Shown: in pieces, positions 1-7,728 of the stretch
How positions within the stretch are numbered: position 1 is the first letter of the stretch
How the letters are laid out: each line of letters opens with the position of its first letter
NCBI GenBank assembly: GCA_902826505.1
Contig: CADEFG010000001.1
Location: 1 to 31,214, forward strand
Reading direction: 5' to 3'
DNA from: an uncultured Acidobacteriota bacterium
GTDB lineage: Bacteria > Acidobacteriota > Blastocatellia > Pyrinomonadales > Pyrinomonadaceae
DNA: 31,214 nt
Notes under the pieces: generated by a model
Told to the model about the DNA's origin: nothing
Seen by the model: only the letters and a program-made list of their open reading frames with translations
Databases searched by the model: none
Made by a program: the position numbers and the translations under genes

Positions 1-1
1 A

Positions 2-262
2 ACGTTGGGATGTACACTTCCGGCATATACTGTACGCGGGGCGAGGCTTTTCCTGTTTGATATGAATGTCAGCAGGGAACTTAAATTTAACGCGATATTT
101 AAACTGCGCTAGAATATCGAATTTAACAAGGTGCTTAACGCGCGGGTTTTCAGCTTTGGCACGGCGTTTATTAATGCACCTGATCCGCAGGCGAATTTTT
201 TCGTTCCGACGCGAACTTATCGTCCGCGTGAAATCCGGCTCGGTTTGAGATTCGATTTTTAA
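2..262 (+). pseudogene. 3' end of a TonB-dependent receptor/outer-membrane beta-barrel gene (truncated by the window edge) with an in-frame TAG at 110-112
   Basis: Frame 2 reads TLGCTLPAYTVRGARLFLFDMNVSRELKFNAIFKLR*NIEFNKVLNARVFSFGTAFINAPDPQANFFVPTRTYRPREIRLGLRFDF*. The tail PREIRLGLRFDF with terminal Phe is typical of TonB-dependent receptor C-termini. The TAA at 260-262 is followed by a terminator. Pseudogene versus sequence error is not resolvable here. Confidence 0.6.
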
Positions 263-282
263 TTGACGCTCAGGCAAATTTT

Positions 283-321
283 AAGCGGGATTGTTTTGTT
301 AAAAACAATCCCGCTTTTTTA
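283..321 (+). terminator. Rho-independent terminator
   Basis: AAGCGGGATTGTTTT / AAAACAATCCCGCTT inverted repeat followed by a T-run, about 20 nt after the TAA at 262. Confidence 0.8.
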
Positions 322-408
322 TTCGATCGCATTAAAAATTTGGTGACTTTTTGTGAATTAATATGTTAGTTTTAAAAGGTTGAACAAAGTTGTTCATCGT
401 AAAGAAAT

Positions 409-1170
409 ATGAGCCAAGTTTTAGAAAAACCATCCGTTCCGGTCAGCGAGGTTTCCATCGAATCGGTTTTGCTTGATGCCGACCTGTTTGTCAAATACCG
501 TTCGCCCGACAAAGCCTTTCAACTCTTGCACGAATCGATCGAACGCAGTCCGCGCTCGATTTCTCTGCGCGAAAAAATGCGCGACATCTGCATCACGCAA
601 AAAAATCTCGACGAAGCCGCGCGGCAATGTCTGGCGCTCGTTAATCTCTACATCGGACGCGAAGATTTTGACCTCGCTTACGATCGTTTGCAGGAAGCCA
701 AACTGCTTGACCCGCGAATTTCGGTCGCGCCCGGACTCGAAGCAATTCGCCGCGCACGGCGTCCCGAATTTGCTCAAACTCGCGATAAAACGCCGCAAAA
801 AGTGCGCACCGATGTGACGTTTGCCGGAAATCTCGCGTATGTTTCGATCTTCGATGCCGTGCAGGTCATCGAAAGCGCACGAATGACCGGCTTGCTCGTT
901 CTTAAATCCGATCTTCATCTGGCGAGCGTTTCGTTTAACGAAGGCAAGATCGTCGATGCCGAATGCAACGGACATAACGGTGTCACGGCTTTCCGGAAAA
1001 TCATCGATATCAACAGCGGCACTTTTGAATTTTCAACTTCCGAATTTGAATTTCCGATCGTCATCAGCATTTCGAGCAACACCAACTTTCTGCTCGACGT
1101 GCTCACCGAACTCGACAACGAACGCGCCGAAAAACAAGGCTTGCGAAACCTGCGCGACGAAGATTTTTAA
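409..1170 (+). CDS. DUF4388 (PATAN-like) domain protein with an N-terminal TPR-like helical region
   Basis: C-terminal half FAGNLAYVSIFDAVQVIESARMTGLLVL...VSFNEGKIVDAE...GVTAFRKII...SGTFEF...ISSNTNFLLDVL matches the DUF4388 pattern. N-terminal helical repeats (EAARQCLALVNLY...AYDRLQEAKLLDP) are TPR-like. Confidence 0.75.
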   Translation: MSQVLEKPSVPVSEVSIESVLLDADLFVKYRSPDKAFQLLHESIERSPRSISLREKMRDICITQKNLDEAARQCLALVNLYIGREDFDLAYDRLQEAKLLDPRISVAPGLEAIRRARRPEFAQTRDKTPQKVRTDVTFAGNLAYVSIFDAVQVIESARMTGLLVLKSDLHLASVSFNEGKIVDAECNGHNGVTAFRKIIDINSGTFEFSTSEFEFPIVISISSNTNFLLDVLTELDNERAEKQGLRNLRDEDF

Positions 1171-1265
1171 AAGGGAAAAAGGGAAAGAGTAGAAAAGGGA
1201 AAAAGTCGGTTTAGTGAGTTCAAACCGACTTTTTCCCTTTTTCACCTTTTCCCTTTTTCCCTTTT
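1169..1265. repeat. About 97-bp palindrome with (AAAAAGGG)n arms
   Basis: 1193-1212 and 1222-1241 are a perfect 20-bp inverted repeat. 1169-1186 and 1248-1265 are a perfect 18-bp inverted repeat. The loop is 9 nt. It begins inside the upstream stop codon. Confidence 0.9.
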
Positions 1266-1268
1266 CAT

Positions 1269-1297
1269 TTGACTTCAACTCCTGAAAACAACAAAAT
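1269..1297 (+). promoter_or_regulatory. Possible sigma70-type promoter for smc
   Basis: TTGACT (1269-1274), 17-bp spacer, CAAAAT (1292-1297). Pattern match only. Confidence 0.3.
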
Positions 1298-1330
1298 ATA
1301 GTGCAAACTTACGCCCCAAAGCACTATACA

Positions 1331-4300
1331 ATGTTCAAACTTCAACGTCTCGAAATTACAGGCTTCAAATCTTTCGCCGATTACACGGAAATCGTCTTTA
1401 CAGGCAACGGAATCACCGCCGTTGTTGGTCCAAATGGTTGCGGCAAATGCGTCAGCGGCGACACAATGATAACTTTGTCCAATGGCAAGGAAGTTGAAAT
1501 TCGTGAATTAGTCGAAAACGCATTAGAAGAATCATTTTTCAGAGAGCAATTTGATGACGGATTTTTAACGCGCGAAAATCCGCAAAACATCGAAATTCTC
1601 TCGCTTAATCCAAAAACATTAAAAATTGAACCGCGTAAAATTTCCGCTTTTATCAAACGCGAAACAACTCCGAAACTTCTTTTAATAAAAACGCTTTCGG
1701 GACGCGCAATCAAAGCCACGCCGTATCATCCTTTATTCACTCTGAAGAACGGAAAACTTCTGACACTTCGGAGCGATGAGGTAAAAAAAGGCGTAAAAAT
1801 TGCGGTTCCGCGAATCTTAAAAACTAGCGAGAAAAATATAAAATTCTCACTAAAAGATTGTTTTGATAATTTTTATGATAATGATAATGTTTTCCTTCCA
1901 TTTTCTGACAATCTCAAAGATTGGACTGAAAAAGGAAAAAATTATTTTGGAACCATTGAAAATTGGACTGAAAAAGCACAAGTTCCAAGAAGTGTCGTTG
2001 GAGGATTACGAAATAAACAATCCATAAATGTTGCCGAACTGCAAAAGCTTTCCCGTGTTTTTGAGAATCCATTTTTTGAAAATGAAATAAAATCAAAAGG
2101 AGCCGGCTTCTTGAAAATTCCGCAAAACTTTTCGCCCGATCTGGCTCGTTTTTTAGGCTTGTTAATTGCCGAAGGTCGTAATACTTACTCAAATCAAGTT
2201 TGGTTTGTTAATTCTGACGAAGCTGTTAATCAGGATTTTGAAAGGCTTGCCAGGAAAGTTTTTGATGTCAGCGTAGCTCAAAAACAATACAAAAAAGGAT
2301 CAACCGACAGTTTCATTTTTTCAAAATCGCTTTGTCAACTTTTGGACAAGTTCTTTAATTTTTCGATAAATTCTAACTCTTTTGAAAAAGAAATTCCGCC
2401 GCAGATTTTCGAGTCTGAGGCTGAAACGAAATGGTCGTTTCTTTCAGGACTATTTGAGGGCGATGCCTACGTTTGTTCGCGTCCGCAAAAAAGTAATGGA
2501 AAATTGCTAAACTATATCGAATATTCAACTGCAAGCAAGAAATTAGCCGAACAAACAATTTCTCTACTTTTACAATTAGGTATTTTTGCGTATCTTCGAC
2601 CAAAGCAAAAATATGCTTCAAATACGATTAAAAAAACCGTTCGCACATATTATTCGGTTTTAATTTACGGTTCAAAACAACTTGCAGAAACTGCTCGAAA
2701 GTTATCTTTTGTCGGGGAAAAACAAAAATCGTTGGAAAAACTCCGAAATATGGAGATTTCAACTAATCCGAATCGTGATTTAGTTCCAAGCGCAACCGAA
2801 CTCGTCCGTGAGGCTGTAAAATTAGCTCAAGTCAAAATAAAACCAAACCGTCAAAATTCCCCTAAAATCGCCGCTTATACGAGCAGAATATGTGAAGCAA
2901 GTCGAAGCGGTTTAAACGAAGTTATCGGACAAATCAAACAATTAAGCCCAAATATTCAACCGGCTGAAAATGTGTTGGAACAACTTTCGATTCTTGCAAA
3001 TTCAGATGTATTTTGGGATGAAATCGTCAACGTTGAGGAAATTGAACCAACTGAAAATTGGGTTTATGATTTGAGCATTGACGAAACTCATAATTTCGTC
3101 GCGGGAAATTTCATTGTTCACAACAGCAATGTTTCAGAAAGTATCGCGTGGGTTTTAGGCGAACAGCGCGCCAAACAACTGCGCGGCGCGGAAATGAAGG
3201 ACGTTGTCTTTCAGGGCACCAGCAAACGCAAACCGTCGGGCATGGCGGAAGTCGTTCTGCATCTCGTCCGTGACGAAGAATCAATATTCGTTGGCGATGA
3301 AGAAGATCTGAGCGACATTGACGAAGCCTTGAGCGATCTCGACGAAAACGCCGTCCAGGTCGAAGATTTTGAAACGGAAGACACAATTGGCGATCAGCAA
3401 TCAGCGGTCAGGGATCAGGAAAACGGTTTTCACACCGAAGAACTCGAAACGGCACAAGCGGCGCAAGTCGGTTCGGTTCAAATCGTCGAGAAAAAAGTCA
3501 GAACGAAACGCCATTGGAAACCAAGAAGTTTCGCGCTCGATTTTGCGCCGGGCGAAGCGATTTCCGTCACGCGAAGGCTTTATCTTTCGGGCGAAAGCGA
3601 ATATCAATTGAACGGCAAAACTTGTCGTCTGCGCGACATTCAGGATTTGTTCGCGGGCACGGGTTTGTCGGGAGCGCATTACGCGATCATCGAACAAGGT
3701 CGGATCGGTCAGATCTTATCGGCAAAACCATCGGACCGGCGCGGTTTGATCGAAGAAGCCGCCGGAATCAGCAAATTCCGCACGCGCCAACGCGCCGCCG
3801 AAGCGCGGCTTGAATCCGCCAAAAGCAATCTTTCGCGCATTTCCGATATTGTTTCCGAAATTGAAACACAGGCAAACTCGCTGCGCCGCCAAGCCGCGAA
3901 AACGCGGCGTTACAAATTATTGCGCGAAGAATTTCGTGTGCTCTTAAAAAATCTTTTCACTGCCGAAGGCGGATATTTGACCGATTTGGTCAATGAATTG
4001 GAAGAAAAGTTGACGGAAGCGGTCAAAACGGAACGCGCAATTTTTGCTCGCGTCGCCGAGAAGGACGAAGCTTTTCGCGAAGCGACCCAAAAAGCGCGCG
4101 AGTCGGAAGAAAATCTTTCGGAAATTCGTGCCCGGCACGCCGAAAATGTTCTTGAAAGAGACCGCAATGCGCGGGAAAAAACCTATCGTCAGGAACAAAT
4201 TGAAAATCTCAAAGTACGGCTCGGCATTTTGAAAGGCGAAACGCAAGCGACCGAACAGCGCCGGAAACTTTTCGATTCGGAAATCGAACGGCTCAAAAAG

Positions 4301-6850
4301 GACGAACGCAAAGAATTGGCAGAAGCCGAAAAAAATGTTCTGGAATTTCAGTCTGCCGAGAAAAAATACCAGTCGAAATTGGAAGAATTGCGCGAAATCG
4401 AAGTCGACCTCGAAACGATGCGCGGCGAAGTTCTGCAGCACACGGCGGCGGTCGAGCGATTTGCGGAAATCGGGCGACAGCTTGAAAACAACCTCGAAAG
4501 ATTAAAAGAGCGTGCCGAAGGTTTGCGCCGCGAACGAATCCGCGCCGAAGAAACGCATGCCGAACACGCCAAAGAAGCCGTCCGGCTCGAAAAAGATTTG
4601 CGCGAAAAACGCGAGAAACTCAAGGATTTACACAACGAAAAGCAAAATTTTCTGGTCGAATCGGGCGCCGCGCGCTCGCTTTTGCAAGCAGCGGAAAAAG
4701 CTTTACGCGAGTTGCAAAACCAATTTTCGCGCAAGCAAAACAGGCTCGAAACCTTGCAGGAGCTAGACGAAAAACGCGCTGTTTACGCGCCTTCGGTGCA
4801 GAAACTTTTCGCCGAACAATCGAAAATCGGCGTCAAGTTTTCGGGTACTTTAGCGGATCAATTTAACGTCGGGGAAAAAGTCGAAAAAGCGGTCGAAAAT
4901 CTTTTCGGCGCGTTTTTGCAGACGGTGCTGGTTGAATCGGAAACCGATGCGCAAAAGACGGTCGAATATTTGAAGAAATCGAATCTCGGGCGAATCGCGG
5001 TTTTGGTTTTTCCCGCAAAGTCGCAAAGTCGCAAAGTCGCAAAGTCAGAACCGCGAGCGGCAGCGACCGGGTTGAACAACACAACTGAATTTTCAAATCC
5101 AAAATCCAAAATCCAAGATCTGCTTGGTGTTTCGGATGATTTTGCGGAAGTTTTGGCAGAGGTTTTTCCGCGTGAAATGTCTTTGGAATTGGTTGAAAAT
5201 TTAAGCGATAAAATTGCCGAATCGAATGTAAACTTGATCGATTCGGAAGGCGATTTTATTTTTGGCGGAAAACTTTTTGTCAGCGGAAAAACGAACGCCA
5301 ACGAGAAAAACTCGTCGCTGCTGGCGTTCAAACGCGAACTGCGCGAGCTTGAAACGACAATCAAGGATTTAACGAAGGAAACCGAAAAAAGCGAAAAGGA
5401 AACCGAAAAAGCGCGTCGGAATTTAGCCGAAAAAGAAGGACAAATCGTTGATCTGCAATCTTTTATCGTGCAGGTCGAGCGCGATTTGCTGTCATTGGAA
5501 ATTCAGGAAAAATCGGCGCGGGCAGAAACCGAACGCGCCGAACGTCATAAAAAGGTCGTCGCCGAAGAAATTGCGCAGATCGATGCGGAACTCGGCGAAA
5601 TCCAGACAAAACAAAAAGAAGCGCGGATCAACGCCGAAAAAGCCGAAAAAGCGCGCGTCGGGACTTCTGAAAAATTGGCGGAAATTTCAAACAAATTAAA
5701 TGAAGTGCGGTCAAAAACCGAAGCTGAGAATACGATTTTGAACGAGAAACGGACGCTTGCGGCAACAAGCGAAGAACGCCGGCGGTCGGCGCAAAATGCT
5801 TTGCGGCGCGTTGAAAACGAGTTTAAAGAACTCGATTCGCGTCAGGCTCGGCAGAATCTGGAAATTCTCGAAACCGAAGGCAAACAAAAGGCGCTCGCCG
5901 CTTCAATCGCCGACATCGAAGAAAAAGTTGCGCTTGCCGCGAGCGATCAGGAAGCGGAACAAAACGAACTTATCGGCGCGACCGCGCATCTTAAAAATGC
6001 GCGTGAAACGGCAGATGCGATGAGTTCCGAACTGGCGGAACTCAACAAAAATTCGGCAGACGCTCGAAACGAACGTGCCGCGCTCGAAATCCGGCAGACC
6101 GAAGCGATCACAAAACTCCGAAGCGTCAACGAAAATTGTTCGCACGAATTGAATTTATCGCTGATCGAATTGGTTGAAAACGAGACGGTCGCGGAAGATT
6201 TCGATCTGGAAACGGCGCGGACGCGCGCGGACGATTTGCGTGAAAAGCTCGATAATTTCGGCGCGATAAATATGCTCGCGCTCGAAGAACTGGCGGACAC
6301 GGAGGAAAGACTTTTGTTTCTGACCTCGCAGCGTCAGGATATTATTGACAGTATCGCGGCGGCGGAAGAAGCCTTGCGCGAGATCAAAGAGCGGTCGCGG
6401 TCGCGGTTTAAGGAAGCATTCGAGGCGATCAACGCAAACTTTATCGAGTTTTTTCAAGAGCTTTTCGGCGGCGGTCGCGGCGAGATGACTTTGCTCGAAT
6501 CCGAAGATATTCTCGAAGCGGGAATCGAGGTCGTTGCCCAGCCGCCGGGCAAGCGTTTGCAGAATATTTTGCTTCTCTCGGGCGGCGAGAAAGCGATGAC
6601 GGCGATCGCGCTCGTGATGGCGATCTTTCGTTATCGCCCGTCGCCGTTTTGTCTGCTGGACGAAGTTGATGCGCCGCTCGACGATGCAAACGTCGGAAGA
6701 TTTGTTGATAAAATCGCGGAAATGGCTGAGAAAACTCAGTTTATCGTTATCACGCACAACAAGCGAACGATGGAAGCGGCGCGGGCGCTTTACGGCGTGA
6801 CGATGCAGGAAGCCGGAATTTCAAAAGTCGTTTCCGTCAGATTTGAGTGA
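1331..6850 (+). CDS. smc: Chromosome segregation protein SMC, intein-containing precursor (1839 aa; about 1280 aa after splicing)
   Basis: MFKLQRLEITGFKSF start (ATG at 1331). Walker A GPNGCGK|SN, LFAGTGL...IIEQG Q-loop region, long coiled coils, hinge (GTLADQF...GRIAVL...EGDFIFGG), signature LLSGGEK, Walker B/D-loop CLLDEVDAPLD, switch ITH, and end GVTMQEAGISKVVSV. Confidence 0.97.
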   Translation: MFKLQRLEITGFKSFADYTEIVFTGNGITAVVGPNGCGKCVSGDTMITLSNGKEVEIRELVENALEESFFREQFDDGFLTRENPQNIEILSLNPKTLKIEPRKISAFIKRETTPKLLLIKTLSGRAIKATPYHPLFTLKNGKLLTLRSDEVKKGVKIAVPRILKTSEKNIKFSLKDCFDNFYDNDNVFLPFSDNLKDWTEKGKNYFGTIENWTEKAQVPRSVVGGLRNKQSINVAELQKLSRVFENPFFENEIKSKGAGFLKIPQNFSPDLARFLGLLIAEGRNTYSNQVWFVNSDEAVNQDFERLARKVFDVSVAQKQYKKGSTDSFIFSKSLCQLLDKFFNFSINSNSFEKEIPPQIFESEAETKWSFLSGLFEGDAYVCSRPQKSNGKLLNYIEYSTASKKLAEQTISLLLQLGIFAYLRPKQKYASNTIKKTVRTYYSVLIYGSKQLAETARKLSFVGEKQKSLEKLRNMEISTNPNRDLVPSATELVREAVKLAQVKIKPNRQNSPKIAAYTSRICEASRSGLNEVIGQIKQLSPNIQPAENVLEQLSILANSDVFWDEIVNVEEIEPTENWVYDLSIDETHNFVAGNFIVHNSNVSESIAWVLGEQRAKQLRGAEMKDVVFQGTSKRKPSGMAEVVLHLVRDEESIFVGDEEDLSDIDEALSDLDENAVQVEDFETEDTIGDQQSAVRDQENGFHTEELETAQAAQVGSVQIVEKKVRTKRHWKPRSFALDFAPGEAISVTRRLYLSGESEYQLNGKTCRLRDIQDLFAGTGLSGAHYAIIEQGRIGQILSAKPSDRRGLIEEAAGISKFRTRQRAAEARLESAKSNLSRISDIVSEIETQANSLRRQAAKTRRYKLLREEFRVLLKNLFTAEGGYLTDLVNELEEKLTEAVKTERAIFARVAEKDEAFREATQKARESEENLSEIRARHAENVLERDRNAREKTYRQEQIENLKVRLGILKGETQATEQRRKLFDSEIERLKKDERKELAEAEKNVLEFQSAEKKYQSKLEELREIEVDLETMRGEVLQHTAAVERFAEIGRQLENNLERLKERAEGLRRERIRAEETHAEHAKEAVRLEKDLREKREKLKDLHNEKQNFLVESGAARSLLQAAEKALRELQNQFSRKQNRLETLQELDEKRAVYAPSVQKLFAEQSKIGVKFSGTLADQFNVGEKVEKAVENLFGAFLQTVLVESETDAQKTVEYLKKSNLGRIAVLVFPAKSQSRKVAKSEPRAAATGLNNTTEFSNPKSKIQDLLGVSDDFAEVLAEVFPREMSLELVENLSDKIAESNVNLIDSEGDFIFGGKLFVSGKTNANEKNSSLLAFKRELRELETTIKDLTKETEKSEKETEKARRNLAEKEGQIVDLQSFIVQVERDLLSLEIQEKSARAETERAERHKKVVAEEIAQIDAELGEIQTKQKEARINAEKAEKARVGTSEKLAEISNKLNEVRSKTEAENTILNEKRTLAATSEERRRSAQNALRRVENEFKELDSRQARQNLEILETEGKQKALAASIADIEEKVALAASDQEAEQNELIGATAHLKNARETADAMSSELAELNKNSADARNERAALEIRQTEAITKLRSVNENCSHELNLSLIELVENETVAEDFDLETARTRADDLREKLDNFGAINMLALEELADTEERLLFLTSQRQDIIDSIAAAEEALREIKERSRSRFKEAFEAINANFIEFFQELFGGGRGEMTLLESEDILEAGIEVVAQPPGKRLQNILLLSGGEKAMTAIALVMAIFRYRPSPFCLLDEVDAPLDDANVGRFVDKIAEMAEKTQFIVITHNKRTMEAARALYGVTMQEAGISKVVSVRFE
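1448..3124 (+). mobile_element. Intein (559 aa) with LAGLIDADG homing endonuclease, inserted in the SMC Walker A
   Basis: Block A CVSGDTMITLSNG, block B IKATPYHPLFT (TxxH), LAGLIDADG motifs LARFLGLLIAEG and FLSGLFEGDA, block H YSTASKKLAEQTISLLLQLGI, block F VYDLSIDETHNFVAG, block G IVHN followed by Ser +1. Excision restores GPNGCGKSNV. Confidence 0.97.
3393..3420 (+). repeat. Four degenerate heptamers (RTCAGSR) inside the smc coding sequence
   Basis: ATCAGCA-ATCAGCG-GTCAGGG-ATCAGGA, within DQQSAVRDQE of the acidic head insertion. Confidence 0.6.
5011..5115 (+). repeat. In-frame repeat cassette in the SMC hinge: (CGCAAAGT)4, a GC-rich REP-like motif, and (AAATCCA)3
   Basis: 5014-5045 has 4 perfect octamers. 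5047-5071 is AGAACCGCGAGCGGCAGCGACCGGG. 5095-5115 has 3 perfect heptamers. Translates as PAKSQSRKVAKSEPRAAATGLNNTTEFSNPKSKIQ. Confidence 0.85.
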
Positions 6851-6853
6851 TTT

Positions 6854-7669
6854 ATGAAGAAATTTATATTTGCAATTTTAATCGCGGTAACAATTTCAGG
6901 ACTAGCGGTTTCGTTTTTTGCCCAGACGAAAAAGCCCGTCAAAAAGAATATCAAACCGACGCCGACACCGACCCCGCAAGTTTCGCCGTCGCAAAATGCG
7001 GAAGCCGAGCCGGTTAAAACGCCGACCAAAAAAAACGAGCGTCCGGTAAACGGAAATTCTTCAAATAATGCGCTTGCGACAAAAGATGCACCGAATTATT
7101 TTTACGAATTTTCGCAGCCCGCCTTTACGGTTTCAAAAGTTCTGATCGAGCATGACGAAAGCGGCAAAGGCAAAATTTCGTTTATGAAAAGTATTTCCGA
7201 CGAGGTAATTTCTGACCCGATCGAGGTTTCGCCCGCCGCGCTTGGAAGAATCAACGCCGCACTGACCGCGCTGAATTTTTTTGATTCGACGGAAAATTAC
7301 CAATACGAAAAAGATTATTCGCATCTCGGCAATATCACGATAAAAATAAAAAAGAACGGACGGATGCGGGAAACAAAATTTAACTGGACGCAAAATCAGG
7401 ACGCAAAAACATTGGCGGACGAATATCGCAAAATCAGCAATCAGTATATTTGGATTTTCGATATCAATCTGGCGCGGGTCAATCAACCGCTCGAATCACC
7501 AAAATTAATGGATATGATTGATTCATATATCAGGCGAAATGAGGTTTCCGATGCCACTCAGCTGATTCCTTTTTTGAAGGAATTAGGCAATGACGAACGC
7601 ATTCCGCTGATTGCGCGCAATCACGCGACCAGATTAATAGAAAAGATCGGGAAGGAAGAGAAAAAATAA
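6854..7669 (+). CDS. Exported hypothetical protein with a Pro/Thr linker
   Basis: Signal peptide MKKFIFAILIAVTISGLAVSFFA, PTPTPTP linker, host-like codon use, starts 3 nt after the smc stop (likely co-transcribed). Confidence 0.8.
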   Translation: MKKFIFAILIAVTISGLAVSFFAQTKKPVKKNIKPTPTPTPQVSPSQNAEAEPVKTPTKKNERPVNGNSSNNALATKDAPNYFYEFSQPAFTVSKVLIEHDESGKGKISFMKSISDEVISDPIEVSPAALGRINAALTALNFFDSTENYQYEKDYSHLGNITIKIKKNGRMRETKFNWTQNQDAKTLADEYRKISNQYIWIFDINLARVNQPLESPKLMDMIDSYIRRNEVSDATQLIPFLKELGNDERIPLIARNHATRLIEKIGKEEKK

Positions 7670-7678
7670 AAATGCCGC

Positions 7679-7719
7679 AAAAACCGTTTACAAATCGGTC
7701 GGTTTTGTAAACGGTTTTT
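7679..7719. terminator. Bidirectional Rho-independent terminator
   Basis: Perfect 16-bp inverted repeat AAAAACCGTTTACAAA / TTTGTAAACGGTTTTT between convergent genes. Confidence 0.85.
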
Positions 7720-7728
7720 CATCTTTTC

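Noticed and set aside
66-248. 60-aa ORF in the track
   Set aside because: Out of frame with the receptor-like frame 2, which has the recognisable C-terminal motif. No family features.
1301-1330. GTG-initiated 10-aa extension of smc
   Set aside because: SMC homology begins at MFKLQRLEITGFKSF, so ATG 1331 is preferred.
3369-6757. Many overlapping and antisense ORFs within smc, and similar ones within GH13, glmS, glmU, murA and GH15
   Set aside because: Shadow ORFs of GC-rich coding strands, with no motifs or start signals.
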